From Prorocentrum cordatum (lineage: Eukaryota), in contig CAUYUJ010000001.1 in the NCBI GenBank assembly GCA_963575745.1, positions 310,001 to 374,000 of the forward strand: 64,000 nucleotides of DNA, given 5' to 3'. A program made the translations under genes and the position numbers. The notes beneath the pieces were generated by a model. It was given only the letters and a program-made list of their open reading frames with translations, searched no databases and was not told the origin of the DNA. The stretch's first letter is position 1. Each line of letters starts with the position of its first letter. This document shows, one piece after another, positions 24,010-38,720 of the stretch.

Positions 24010-26900
24010 AGTAATGCCAACTCAATGCCATGGTAATTCCAGTGCCATGAGGGCGCTCTTCCTGCGCAAAGCCAACGCAACGCCAAGGAACACCAATCCC
24101 ATGCCAATTCTATGCTGAGTCCGTGCCGCCGCATTCAAGCACAATGCCAGCACATGGCCAATGCAATGCCACTTCGGAATCAATGCCAGTTCAATCTGAA
24201 AGCGATGAGTAGTTTCTCTTGTGCACTTCAACAAAAATCCTCTTGTGGGCGGTTTAAATTCGAATCCTTCTGCAGAGGATTTCAATAGGAATCACTGTCG
24301 AGGGGGCTTCAATACCAACCCTTCTTGTTGGATTTCAATAGGGATCCTGTGGCGGATGTCAATGGAAATCCGCCTGAGGATTTCAATGGAAGTCCTTATG
24401 TGGAGGATTTCTATCGAGACCCTTCTGCGGAAGATTCCAATCGGAAACGTTCTGCGGGCGTTTCACACAGAATCCTTGCGCGGAGGATGTTGTATGAATA
24501 TTTCTGTGGATGGTTTCAACGGGAACCTTTCTTGCGTAGGATTTCGATACGGATCCTTATGTGGAGGATTTGAAGAGAGATCCTTGTATGGTGGGTGTCG
24601 ATGTTGGCTGTTGGTATAATTTCACTATGAACGCAACGCCAAGACAATGCCAATGCACTGGTAGTGCGGTGTCAGCGCTTTGCCAGCGCCAGGACCATCG
24701 CAACGCCAAGGGGCACCAATGCTATGCTAACTTCCTCTGGGGGCGTTCACTAGGAATCAGTAGGTGGAGGGTTGTCAATCAAAACCGTTGCTTGTGGAGG
24801 GTTTCAATGGAATGCAATGCTAATGAATGCAAGTGCTACGCTAGCTCTGCTAGCAATGCCAAGGAGCACCAGTGCCATGCAATTATACACGAGGACCGTA
24901 CCAGAGTGTCGCCAGCACAATGCCAGTACAACGCCAGCACTTGGCCAGCGCAATGTCAATCCCCATTCACCGCTATCCAACGCGAAAGGAATAAACCTTC
25001 CTCCCCCTTCTATAGTTCAATAGAAATCCTGCTGTGGATGATTGAATCGGACTCCTGTTATAGGGGATTCCGATAGGAGCCATATGATGAGAAATTTGGT
25101 AGGAATCCGTATGTGAAGGGCTTCAAGAGGAATGCAATACAATTCACGTCCAAGGCAATGCGTGTGTTATGCCAGCGCGTTGCCAGCGCAAGGCCAATGC
25201 AATGCCATGGGGCACCAGTGAACAGTCGGTCCATATTTCAATAGAACTCCTTATGTGGATGATTAAAGTAGGAATCCTGCTTGTTTGGGGTTTCAGTACG
25301 AACCTTCTGTGGAGGAATTGAATTATATTCCTTATACGCAGGGTTTCAAGGGGAATGCATGCCACCGCAATTCCAAGGCAATGCTTGTGGTGTGCCAGCG
25401 CCTTGCCAGCGCAAGGCCAATGCAATGCCAAGGGGCACCAATGAACATGCTTCCTTCTAGATTCAAATAGAAATCCTTGTGTGGATGATTGAGCTAGGAA
25501 TCCTGCTATAGAGGGTTTCAGTAGGAGTCCTCCTGTGGGTGAATCCAACAGGAATCCTTGCACGAAGCGCTGCAATAGAAATGCAATACCTATTCGATTA
25601 CGAGGCAATGCCTGTGTTATGCCAGCGCCCTGCCAGCGCAAGGCCAATACAATGCCCAGGGGCATCAATGAACCTTTTTTTTAATGTTGCAGTACACATC
25701 CTTATGTGGAGGACTGAATCAGAAATGCTGCTATGGAGGAGTTCGTTTGGACCCTTCCGTGGAGGAATTGAATAGAAATCCTTGGATGATGGGCTTCGAG
25801 AGGGATGCAGTGCCAAATCAATTCCAAGGCAGTGCTTGTGCTATGCCAGCGCTTTGCCAACTCAAAGCCAATGCAATGCCAAGGGGCACCAGTGAACCGT
25901 GCTCCTTCTAGATTCCAATAGAAACCCTTACGTGGATGATTGAACTGAGAATCTTGCGATTGAGGGTTTCAGTAAGAGTCCCACTGCGGAGAAATTCAAT
26001 AGATATCCCTGCGCGAGGGGTTTCAAGAGAAATGCAGTGTCAAGTCGATTCCAAGACAATGCCTGTGCTATGCAAGCGCTTTGCCAGCGCAAGGCCAATG
26101 CAATACCATGGAGCACCAATGAATCCTTTGTTTTTGTAGCTTGAAATCGTAATTCCTTCTGTGGAGGACTGAACTAAGAATCCTGCTATGGAGGATTTCA
26201 ATGGGAGCCTTCTGAAGAATTCAATAGGCATCCGTCTTTGAAATGCCTCAACAGTGATGCAATGCCAAATCAATTCCAAGGCTATGCGTGTGCTATGCCA
26301 GCGCTTTGCCAGCACAAGGCCAATGCAATGTCAAGGGGCACCAATGAATCGCTTGCCTTCTATATTCAATAGTTCAATAGAAATCCTCATGTTGGTGATT
26401 GACCTCGGAATCCTGCAATGGAGGATTTCAGTAGGAGCCTTCTGTGGAGGAACTCAACCGGCCGCTGGCATGCCAGTTCTATGCAAGTCCGTGCCAAGCC
26501 ATTGCCAGCACAATGCCAGTGCAATGCCAGCACGCGGTCGTCGCATGCCAATCCCGATCGATGCGGACGAAATTAATGCTGTTTGTTCCGCGTTTGTCAC
26601 TCGGAACCCTTCTGTGGATGATTTAGATTGGGATCTTTCAGTGGAGGGATTGGTTAGGAATCCTTATGTGTGCGCGTGGAGAAAGGGGTTGAGCATAGGA
26701 ATCCTTGGTTCAGGATTCCAGATGAATTGGTCTTGCGGGGGGAGGGTAACTAGGAATCCTTCTGATGGCGGGTTTCATGGGATTCCTTCTGTAGAGGTTT
26801 CAACGGAAATCGCCAGCGTAGTTCAGGCGCAAGGCCAGCGCACTGCCGACGAAATGCAGCGCAATACCAATGCGACGCCAATCCAATGCCAAACCGCGCC
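24010..26900 (+). repeat. Composite satellite: ~225-bp higher-order unit made of ~24-bp subrepeats and AATGCC-rich blocks
   Basis: AAGGCCAATGCAATGCCA.GGGGCACCA at ~25190, 25412, 25639, 25863, 26090 and 26315. Confidence 0.9.
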
Positions 26901-27459
26901 AATGCAAGCGCGAATACTGCGCCGACACGAGAAATACCGCAAACGACACGTCACCACCCGCCCCCCTGAAAAAAACACCCTTTCAACCAAAAAATGTGCG
27001 CGGCGTCGAGGCGAGAATGTAAGTTTTGAGAACATGTGCGCGGCGCCGAGGCGAGAGTGTGATTGTTTGAGAAATGGGATGCAGCAAGCTGCCACTTGAG
27101 AATCCCCCGCCCTCGTTTTTCTTGCGTCGCCCACCTGCCGACAACACAAGCTGCACACCAAGGCCGCGCTAACGGCGTGCTTGGTTAACGGCGATGTTGG
27201 GAATCTGGTTTTTGTGATACCGACCTCGCGCAGAACAAATTGTAGGAAATCGCAGAGCACACTTTCCTGCATAACAGATATGCGAATGTACCGAACGATA
27301 ACCACACAGCGAGTTGTAGGAAAACGCGAACCGCGCGTTCCTGCTATCGGTTCGGCCACGGACCACACTTTCCTACAGTTGGTTGTCCTGCTTCGCCGTT
27401 GCCTAACTCACCGTCAGCGCGTCCACGGGCGCGGCTGCTGACAGAATCGCAACTCAGTT

Positions 27460-27620
27460 TTAGGTCGGCCCTGTCCACCTACAGGGGGATTTTGGGCGAA
27501 TAAATGGAAATTGCCAACACAATGCTCAACACATGTTCGAAAATAGTCAAAAAATCGTCCCCAGACTATTTTTTTACTATTCTTGAATCTCCCTCCTGTT
27601 GAGGGACAGGCCCGACTCAA
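27460..27620 (+). mobile_element. MITE family A
   Basis: TIRs present; flanks ACTCAGTT / GCTTAGTT (6/8). Confidence 0.88.
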
Positions 27621-28324
27621 GCTTAGTTCCCCAAGGTGGGGACGGGGGGCCGAGCGGCCTCGCACCGCCACCCGGTGCGCGCCCGAGGTGGGCACCCGCG
27701 CCGCGGACTCCTGCCGCCCGCTTCTGGCTGCGTCCTCGCCCCCGGCCCGCCCGCGTCCTGCTCTCCGCGCCGGGGCGGCCCGATCCGACACGTACTCCGA
27801 TCTCCTCCTCCTCCTCCTCCTCCTCCTCCTCCTCCTCCACCTCCTCCTCCTCCTCCTCGTTCTCCTCTCCTTACATCCCCCTTCCCGTCCCTCTCCTCCT
27901 CCTCCTCCTCCCCCTCCCCCTCCCCCTCCTCCTCCTCCTCCTCCACCTCCTCCTCCTCCTCCTCCTCCTCCTCCTCCTTATCTTGGTTATCTTCCCCCTC
28001 GGCGAGACGGAGTGGCGCCTGCGGCGGGCCTGCTGTGCAGCGTGCCGCTCGCCATCGCGCGGACGTGCCTCCCCCCTGTGCGCGTGTCGGCTCCGCGCGT
28101 CCATGCTGCTCGCAGGGCGGCCCAGGACGCTCCTCGGAGGTCCTCGCCGAGGGCAGAAATAGCACGCCCGAGCAGTGCCAAGGCAAACGGCGCCTGCGGC
28201 GGGCCTGTTGTGCAAGGTGTAACTGAGAAGTCGGCGCTCGCAGCGGGCTTCCTCAAAATTTTGCCCTCGAGCCTCACAGGCTGCTGAAGGCCCCGCCGCC
28301 CTCGCGCTCTTGCGGGAGCCAAGG

Positions 28325-28510
28325 CACGGAAGGTTCGCGCCGTGCCGACGTCGGCGTTGGCTTCTGACGCCGCGGGCATCGTCCAAACTTGAACGATCTG
28401 CTGTTTCCGAAACGTCAAATCGTTCAACATCGGCCGATTCTTGGTCCCCGGCGGCGTTCAACGTTGAACGCCGGCGGCGGGGTCGCCGCCGGTCGACACG
28501 ACGCGAGCCT
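28325..28510 (+). repeat. Dispersed ~185-bp palindrome-rich repeat (second copy 33275-33460)
   Basis: Shared TCGGCGTTGG..CTGACGCCGCGGGCATCGTCCAA.CTTGAACGATCTG...ATCGTTCAACATCG; contains GGCGTTCAACGTTGAACGCC. Confidence 0.88.
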
Positions 28511-30150
28511 ACCGTATACAGTCGGAGCGCAGACGAGAGGACACGCGACAGGACGCGATACTCTTCCAACGGTAACATAACCTCCAACAGCCACAGGACA
28601 CGAGGGCACCCTTAGTCCGAACACGCAGAGGACACGCGAAGGGATGGACAGGACACAAGAGTATCCTTGATTTTGCAGGGTCGGCCTGCTAATGCGCGCC
28701 GACTTTTTTCATCGTGCTATCCCCAAAGGAATGCCGAATAAACAGCGAAAGGGCTTTCTCTGGCCATGGCGAGCCCCGACCACGAACGGGTTCCTTCCCG
28801 ACCCAGGGGCCCCTCCTGAGCCCAGAGTGGTCCTTGTCTCAGCGCCTTGACCGTATATTCTCCTGTTCAACATTTCAAGGGGAACTCACGTCACGCGAAC
28901 AAGATTTCGTAAATTCGTCATGTTTCTGGGGACGTAGCCAATGACATCACAAATTATGTGAGACATGATCTGCCCAAGGCGCCCCCAATGCGCCTTTGTT
29001 GCACGTCAGGTTGGTATCGACCAGTGAGGTCTTGACCTGCCAGCAAAACTGCAACCACACATTATGAAAACATTTGCTGCGACGGACATTCATCACGATA
29101 CGGCATGGGACATGGGCGATGGTACTCATGGAATCACATGAACAACTTTCTGCACCTGGCATTCGGCGTACCGTCGCACTGGGAACACCAAAGGAGGTGC
29201 GTGGACATCTGGCGCAATGCAGCTGCTAGAGCACGATCTGGATGCTCCCAGGCATCTCAGAGCAATGATGAAGGTCAAGGAGCAGCAGCGCTCGGCCTGG
29301 CAGCCGCCAACGTTTGAGAACAAGCATATCGAATTCGAGCCCAACCACACCGAAGCACTCACGACGCCGGAAGTCTGCGCCGAAGCCGCTCAAAATGTGC
29401 CCCCCCGGAGCCCTCCGGGAAAACAACAGCGCAGCAATTTTCCCAGCCGCGCCCGGTGCAGGGCCGACGAGCAGGCCCCCCGAGGGCCAACCAAAGTCCT
29501 TCAACCTCGGTCCTCGAGGCTGTGTTTTTTTCCATCGTGTGTTGTGTGTGTATGTATGTGTGTATGTGTTTTTGTCTGTGTGTGTGCGTTTTTTTTTGTG
29601 TGTGTGTGCTTGTTCCACAGAAGTGCGAGCATAGCTCGGGCCTCGGGCGGCCGTTCGGGACAATTCCAGCACCCCGGGGCGCAACTCTCCGTCCCAGATC
29701 CGTTTATGACGGCCCTGGAGCCCGAGAGCGGGCCCGAAACCTCCTGAAACCGCAGACCGATAGAAAATACGCACACTCGAAGACCGAACCTCGGTCCTCG
29801 AGGTTCAATGCCTCGTGTCGCGAGGCTCGAGGTGACAAGCAAGTGGTGCCCAGGGCAGCTCGGCACGCGCGCGCTCGGGTTCTGCGGGGCGCTGACGCAC
29901 CCCCGCGCCAAGGGCACGAGCTGGGGCTGCTGAAGCATTCCCTGTTCTGTCTGGAAACGCTTGCGCCCAGAGCGTAGATCCTCCCCCCCCTCCTCTTCGT
30001 CCTCCTCCTCCTCCTCCTCTTCCTCCTCTTCCTCCTCCCTCCTCTTTCTCCGCCCTCCTCTTTTTCCTCTCCCCTCCCCATCCTCCTCCTCATCCGTCTT
30101 CTTTCCCCTCCTCTTCCTCATCCTCCTCCTCCTCCTCCTCTTCCTCCTTT

Positions 30151-30197
<47 letters not shown>

Positions 30198-30266
30198 CTC
30201 CTCCTCCCCCCCGTCCTTCCCCCTTTTTCCCCCCTTCCCCTCAATGCGGGTTTCGCCCTCCCCTCG

Positions 30267-30297
<31 letters not shown>

Positions 30298-31844
30298 TGT
30301 CGTTGATGCCGCGCCGCATGACGTTTCACTTGCCACGGCTGCACCCTGACGCCTCCGCACCCAGGGGACGTCGGAAATACAATCGAGGCTTTGTGAGTGC
30401 ACCACTGGAAGAGCGGCCTCCCCCTTCCATCGCATTGTTGCCTAAGGCCCCCGATCGCGAAGGGCTGCCCATGGGAAACGCAGGCGAAGACAGGGTGGGG
30501 TGGAAGGGGAGGCGGGCGACGACGAGAAGAGACGGGACGGGGAGGAGGAGACACCTCCAACAGTGTCATTGCCTTAACCTTGAACGATGAGTTGGAGGTG
30601 GACGCCATTTGTGGACGCGTACCGCACGCGTGCACGAGCAAAACGACGACTTAAACATTGGTTGCCATTCTAATCTTGCTGCTTTCACCGAGCTGCAAGA
30701 AACTGGCACTTGCCATGCTATCCGTGGCGGGTGCGGCGGGCACGCCAATACACGGCAACAGCCAGCGGCGGCAAGACCGGAAGGACGGAGGAGCGGGAGA
30801 AGCGTCAATCGACCCCAGGACGTCCGAACACATGGCGGATGTCGTCGCCCCCGCTGTGGGGGGGAGGATTGAGGGAATCGGGGGAGTGGGGGATGGACGG
30901 AGGACCAACGATTGGTTCCAAGCGCGGTCCCCCAGACCTATCGAATCCTCTCCCAAAACGTTTTGTTTTCGTTTCGACGCGCGCGTAGAGCGAGCGGTCA
31001 AGCGCCTCGGCGGCGCCGTGCCCAGCTCAGGCGCGTGCACCTAATCAGCGGTGGAAGGGGGGGGGGGGGGGGGAAACGCCACACACGACCCGCACAGGGG
31101 AGTGCAGGACTGCCCGTGTGGCTGGCAGCTGCCTCCGAGAGCGTCATTGGCAGCACACCGCATGACGGGGCGGTGCCACCCGGGGCCCAGGCAGTACGGC
31201 TCGCCCAGCAAGCCACGAACCCAGGATCGGGACAACATCGGATCGGGACAAGTCAGCGATCTCTGCGAACCGGCGGGTCTGGAGAGAACGCATCGGGCTC
31301 TCTTCGGCCGTCCCAGCTGGGGGCGTCCAAAAGGGGGGGGGCTCGAACACCATGGCCCGAGGCAGGGGCGCGGACGAGAGGTAGCAGGGCGAAATCGAAA
31401 ACTGTCCGAGGCGAAACCCGAACAGGAAGGGCGAAACCAGCACATCGAAAAGAAGCGAACCCCGAAAATCCCCCCCACAAGCGCAGCCCGGAACTCCGAC
31501 CAAACCCAAACCAGAAAAGCCGAGGGGCCAAGCCCAACACTTTGGTTCAGACCAGCCCCGCCTCGCCCCTCCTCGTTCTTCCTTCCGGCCCCCTCCTGCC
31601 CCTTGTCGTTCGTCCTCCACCTCTCCTCCTCGCTCCTCCCCGTCCTCCTCGTCCTTCTTCCGATCCTCCCACCTCCACGTCCTCCCTCCTCCTCCTCCAC
31701 CTCCTCGCTCGCCCTCCCACGCGTCCTACGCTCCTCTCCTCCCTCCTCCTCCTCCTGCCTCTTGCATCCTCTCCCTTCTCTTTCCTCCTTCCTCCTGCCA
31801 ACTCCCTTCTCCCTCCTCCATCACTCCTCTGTCCTCCTCCACCT

Positions 31845-33250
<1,406 letters not shown>

Positions 33251-33939
33251 CATCAACATTACGATCAAAGGAAACACGGCAGGTTTGTGTCTTGCCGTCT
33301 TCGGCGTTGGTTCCTGACGCCGCGGGCATCGTCCAACCTTGAACGATCTGCCGTTTCCGAAACGTCAGATCGTTCAACATCGACCGATTCTTGGTGCCCG
33401 GCGGCGTTCCACGCTGAGCGCCGGCGGCGGGGTCGCCGCCCGTCGACGCGACGCGAGCCTGCCGCATCCTGGCCACCACCATCGGATCCCCCCTCGGTCA
33501 TCACCCCCCGCTCGGCCTGGGCGCCCCCGATCTGGACCGCTCCGCGTCGCTCCGAGCGCGTTCCTGGAACGCTCTGGGGCCAGCTGTCCCGATCTCGGCA
33601 GACCTCGGGCGTCTCGAGCAAGATCATGACGGAGACTGTTCGTCGTTTCTGGCCTCTCGGGACCCCTCCTGGGCCTCGGGACCGTGAAGGAACGCCTCGG
33701 GATGAAACACGGCCCTAGGGAACGAGGGGGGCGCAAGGGGACGCGTTGAATCAATAATAGCAGTAATAATGATGACAATAATAATGGCACTACTACTCAT
33801 AATATAAAGTATACGATTAAACTTAAAATCAATAACAATAACAATCGTACGCCGATTAAACGCAACATCAATAACAATAGCAATCAATCCACAAGAGAAA
33901 AACTCCAATCAGTGGATGGTTTGAAAATTGATAATATTG

Positions 33940-34175
33940 ATCCTGAGATCGATTTGTGAGATCGATCGTGGAATCGATAGTGAGGACGATTGTAAGGTGG
34001 ATCGTGAGACCTAGAATGACGTCGATTCAATGAAATCGATAAGGAGATCGATCGCGAGATCGCTCGTGCGATCCATAATGAGATCGCTTGTGAGATCGAT
34101 AGTGAGATCGATGGTGAGATCGATAGAGGGGTGGGTAATGAGATCGTTGGTGAGGCCAATCGAAAAGGAAATCGA
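33940..34175. repeat. 12-bp degenerate repeat (GAGATCGATnGT)
   Basis: GAGATCG recurs with 12-bp periodicity. Confidence 0.8.
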
Positions 34176-34672
34176 CCAGGAACCAAAGAACCCAGGAACC
34201 CCGCCGCCCACCGAAATCGGCCCGGAACCGATAAACAAGAACCCGGGAACCCGGAACCGGGAAACCTGGGAACCCAGCCCTTCTACCAAAATCGGCGGGA
34301 AACTTTCACCAAATCCTTCAACTTCCGCTAGGACCCCTTCGGTGCAAGCACTGGTTGGGGAACGATACTGATATGATGACAAGAATAACAATAATACAGG
34401 CAATTATAAGAGTAGTCGTAAAAATGCAAATTAGGATACTGAGAATACGAGGAGGGATACTAATGAGTAGAACGACAAGTGTACACATGGTACGAATACG
34501 AAAACGATTAATAGTACCAGTGAACATAAAACTAAAACATAACCTCAATAATAAAGAACAATACGAATACAAATAATAATCAAAACTGCTTGGGAATATA
34601 AGAAGAAAGAACATAATGAAAATTTAGTCGGCGTCGTCGGCGTCGGCGTCGGCACCGGCGTCATCGTCGTCA

Positions 34673-34704
<32 letters not shown>

Positions 34705-35093
34705 CTTGAGATCCGACGTGGCGAATAAATGTAAAATCGTGAAACATCACGCTGGAGCCCTAGACCCCATCCTTCTGCGCCATCCTTCGAGCCGCACCCA
34801 GCTGTAAGGGTCCTGGGGCCCGAACTCAGGCGAAAACGCCTGGCTCCAAAAAATTGCGACGCCAAGATCTCAGGGGTCGTCGAAGCCGCGAGCCTCGGGG
34901 GCAATGTCGACGGGCCGGTTGCTGTAGACCGCGCGCCTCTCGAGGGCCGAATCCCCGCGCGTCGAACTCGGGGGCGCTCCCAGCCGCTCGCCCTCGGCCC
35001 AAGAGGCTGCCCCCCGCCCGCCGAAGGGCCGACGGTGCCATGCATCCTCGCCCGGATTTATCGGTGATCATCAGATAAGACGAAGCTATAGGA

Positions 35094-35284
35094 TTAAGTC
35101 GGGCCTGTCCCCCTACAGGAGGATTTTCGACGAAAAATGAAAAATACCCTCAAAATAATCAAAAATAATACAAAAATAGCCTGGGGACTATTTTTGGAAT
35201 ATGTTTTGACCTTTTTGGGGTATGTTTGGGGTACTATTTATTTTTGGTCGAAAGCCCCCTTGTAGGGAGACACGCCCGACTTAA
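35094..35284 (+). mobile_element. MITE family A
   Basis: TTAAGTCGGGCCTGTCCCCCTACAGGAGG ... CCCCTTGTAGGGAGACACGCCCGACTTAA; flanks CTATAGGA / ATCTAGGA (6/8). Confidence 0.9.
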
Positions 35285-35584
35285 ATCTAGGACGACGGTA
35301 AACTCGGGTGAGGATAAATCGAGATCTCTGAGATCCCGCGGCTCTGGAGGATGTCTGGGGCGCCGCGGCCTCCTCAGGGCGTTCCACACCGCTCTGAGAG
35401 CGTTCCAGAAGGCTCTGGAACGGACTTATCCCCCTTCTCGTTTCCCCCCCGGGCTCGGTGCCGATGTGCCGATGATCTCGCCATCGCTCGGACGCCCGTT
35501 CCCCGCGCATGTGTCGGCTTCGTGCGTGCATCTTTTCGCCAGGTGGCCCAAGAGGCTCTTCGATGGTCCTCGCCGACAGAAAAC

Positions 35585-35780
35585 TTGAGCAGGAACCGAC
35601 CGTCCCCGCATTCATTCCTATAGGCCTACCACGACATGTTCTTAGAACCCCAGTCTTCAAATAACAAAAAACATGTTCTTAGAACGTAAGCCCGATGTGT
35701 CAAAACAAGACAGTCCCAGCCAAACATGTTCAAAGAACATTTCCTGGAAATCACAAAAAGATTATTAGAGCATTGCTTGG
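35585..35780 (+). mobile_element. ~195-bp dispersed element without TIRs (family J)
   Basis: TTGAGCAGG.ACCGACCGTCCC...TGTTCTTAGAAC...TTGGT is shared with 52890-53083. Confidence 0.75.
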
Positions 35781-36369
35781 TAGATCTATAAGAATGCCAG
35801 GACGCTTCGCCACTGCTTGAAGAATGCACACGCCCCAGCGATGCCAAATTGACCGCTGATCCTCACGACGTGTGTTAGCGCCAGCGTGTGCTTGCCCACC
35901 GAAGCCCTCCGGTACGGCGTGGGAGTTGTGACGAGGTCCCTGGCACAGGCTGCGCGCCTTCGGGGGAGCCGAGCGGAGCACCTGCCATCGCTTGGACGCC
36001 CATTCCCCGTGCTTTTGTCGGTGCCGTGCGTGTTTCTTTTGTTTCGCAAGATAGTCATAAGTGTTCCTCGATGGTCCTCGTCGAGAAACGACGCACACAT
36101 CCGAGCGATGCCAAGAGAAACACACACATACATGAGACTGACGCACGTCCCGAGGATCATCGAACCTATCCTCGTTCCAGAGCGCTCTAAGGCCGCGGCG
36201 CCCGGCACATCCTCCGGAGCCGAGGGGTCTCAGAGATTCTCGATCCATCCTCGTCCGAACTGATCCTCGTCATAGCCTCGTCTTGCCAGGGCCGGCTCCG
36301 CGTCCCGAGTCGGTCTTCGACGGTCCCAAGGCGCGGTAAGACCAGACCCAGTCGGTGGTTCGCATATTT

Positions 36370-37230
36370 ATCCCAACCCTCCTGGGTTGGACCCTCGTTT
36401 TGGATAGAGCACTGCGGTCTCGTCTCCTCTTCCTCCGCCCTCCTTCTGCCTCCTCCTGCGCTGCTCCCTGGGGGGCCGTTAACTGCGCTACTGTCGCCAC
36501 TTTCGTGGGCTCCTGGGAGGCACGGTGGAGTATCAGAGTACGCAGACCCAGCTCGCTGGGTGGCTGCGCACTGCGCAACTGTCGTCACTTTCGTGGGCTC
36601 CTGGGAGCATGGCGGATTAGCGGAGTATGCGGATCCAGCCGAGACCCCGCAGCTCCCTGGGTGGTGGCTGCGAATGGAGTACCTGTCGCCTCCTGGGATG
36701 CGCGGTGGATTAGCGGAGTATGCGGATCGAGCCTCTCTGGATGGGCTGCGATTGTGCAACTGTCGTGACTTTCGTATGCTCCTGGAAGACACGGCGGAGT
36801 AGCGGAGTACGCAAGCCCAGCCGAGACCTCGAAGCTCCCTTGGGGGCTGCGAACTGTGCAACTGTCGCCACTTTCGTGGGATCCTGGGAGGCACGGTGGA
36901 ATACCGGAGTACGCGGATCCAACCGAGACCTCGCAGCTCGCTGGGTGGGCTGCGAACTGCGCAGCTGTCGCCACTTTAGTGGGCTCCTTGGAGGCATGGC
37001 GCAGTAGCGGAGTACGCAGAACCAGCCGAGACCTCGTAACTGTCACCACTTTCGTGTGCTCCTCGGAGGTCCAGCGGAGTCGGGGGCCACGCGCACCCAT
37101 TTGAGACCTCGCTGCTCCCTGGTATGCTGCGAACTGCGCAATTGTTTCCACGTTCGTGGACAGGGAGGCCCAGCGGAGTCGGGGGCCACGCGGATTCAGC
37201 CGAGACCTCGTGGCTCCCTGGGAGGCTCGT
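36370..37230 (-). mobile_element. Diverged family R element with ~100-bp tandem array
   Basis: Reverse complement matches 11090-11221; ACTGTCGCCACTTTCGTGGGCTCCTGGGAGG-like units repeat. Confidence 0.7.
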
Positions 37231-37563
37231 CGGAGGCACGGCGGAGATGAGTGCAGCGCAGATCGTGCATATCTGGCGATGCGTCCATTTGCATGGAGCG
37301 TTCATGCAAATACTCGCCTCGCGTGGAGAAGGGGTTTGGGTACGTCTCGGGTATTTTCTTGGAGGGAGAAGATGTGAGCAGCCAGTAAGATTCGATTGGA
37401 GGGGTGACGCCAATCGGGCCGCTTGGAAGCAGGGTGGCAAACCCATTAAACACACGCTGCATTACAGGCGCATCCAGTCCCCAGGCAAACTTGGGGCCGG
37501 ATCCACTTTTAGGACGGGGTGATAGCGACAAGGCAAACACCACAGGATTATAATTATGAACCC

Positions 37564-37694
37564 AGTCGGTGGTTCAAAGATAGGGTCGGATGGGGTCCTA
37601 GGATAGGAAAGGATCCAAGGGTGGATTCACAATATTTGAGGTACCTCGTCCTCAGGACCCCATCCCTCAAGACCCCATCTTTGAACCACCGACT
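37564..37694. mobile_element. MITE with perfect 18-bp TIR (diverged inverted copy ~53232-53371)
   Basis: AGTCGGTGGTTCAAAGAT (37564-37581) / ATCTTTGAACCACCGACT (37677-37694). Confidence 0.8.
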
Positions 37695-38611
37695 CAGGAC
37701 ATGCTCGCGTCGTGACGAAACCACGCCGCGAGGTGTTTCTATCACCAGGCCCCGGGACCGTCGGAGACCAACTCGGGATGCAGAACTGGCCCCGGTGAGC
37801 AGAGGCCAGGACGAAGATACAAGTCCGGACGGAGGCAAATCGAGAATCTCCGAGTTCCCGCGGCGCTGGAGGACGTGTCGGGCGCTGTGCCCCGCTTAGA
37901 GCGCTCTGGAATGCCCCGAGAGCGCTCCGGAACGCCCCGGCACGGACTGCTCCTGGTCCTGGCCCCGCCCGGCCTGGGAGAAGGGCCGGGACTCCCGGGG
38001 CCCCCGTGCCCATCGGCCAGAAGAAGCAGGCAGAGACACGAAGAACGGCGTTGAAAGTAGATTGGGTCTCCGCCCGCCTCCTGAAGAGGAGGGGCGAGGG
38101 AAAACCACTCGACTCTTGAGGGCGGAAGGAGGCCGAAATAGATTAGGCACTGGGAACCCCCAAATACCTACTTTCAGCGACCGAGGGGGATGGATCAGAA
38201 ACAACTATCGGTCGGATATCTTTGGAGTCCCGCGGTGACAGACCGTGCGGTGACCTCGAAATCCCCCAAGACCTCACCGCACGGTCCGTCACCGCACGGT
38301 CTTGGGACCCTGGAGGCCCCTGCCGCCCGAGACGTCCTCGGAGAGGGCCTCGAGTCCCAGAACCGTGCGGTGATCCCGAATCCCCACCGACTCACCGCAC
38401 GGTGTGGTCACCACCCCGTTGGGGGGCCCCCGTGTAGGGCTCAAGAAACAGACTTCCGGCGCTGGCCGCCCGTCCCGGCCCTGGAGTCTGCGAGTGCCCG
38501 CCGCAGTGCGGACGGCTCGACGAGTCCGGGGAGCTCTCGTCTCGAGCGGCGAAAATGTCCCTACCCGGGTCCTCGCGGTCTGAACTCGGCGGCGCGCACA
38601 AAGGGGTGGAG

Positions 38612-38720
38612 GGAGGGGGAGGGCTTCTCAGAAGGAGGCTGCTTCTTAGCAGGCGCCAGCCTCACATCTGTAGAACAAGGCCCGCGCCTTCCAAGAAGCA
38701 GGGGTGCTTCCGAGGGCCCC
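38612..38720 (+). repeat. Dispersed repeat (copy ~52255-52368; weaker copy ~42928-43048)
   Basis: GGCTTCT..GAAGGAGGCTGCTTC...CATCT..AG.ACAAGGCCCGC.CCTTC..AGAAGCAGG is shared. Confidence 0.7.

Noticed and set aside
28950..29400. Possible LINE or other coding fragment
   Set aside because: Complex sequence, but short, frameshifted and lacking any diagnostic motif.
35094..35284. piggyBac/Kolobok assignment from TTAA ends
   Set aside because: TTAA/TTAG is part of the TIR; 8-bp duplications lie outside it.
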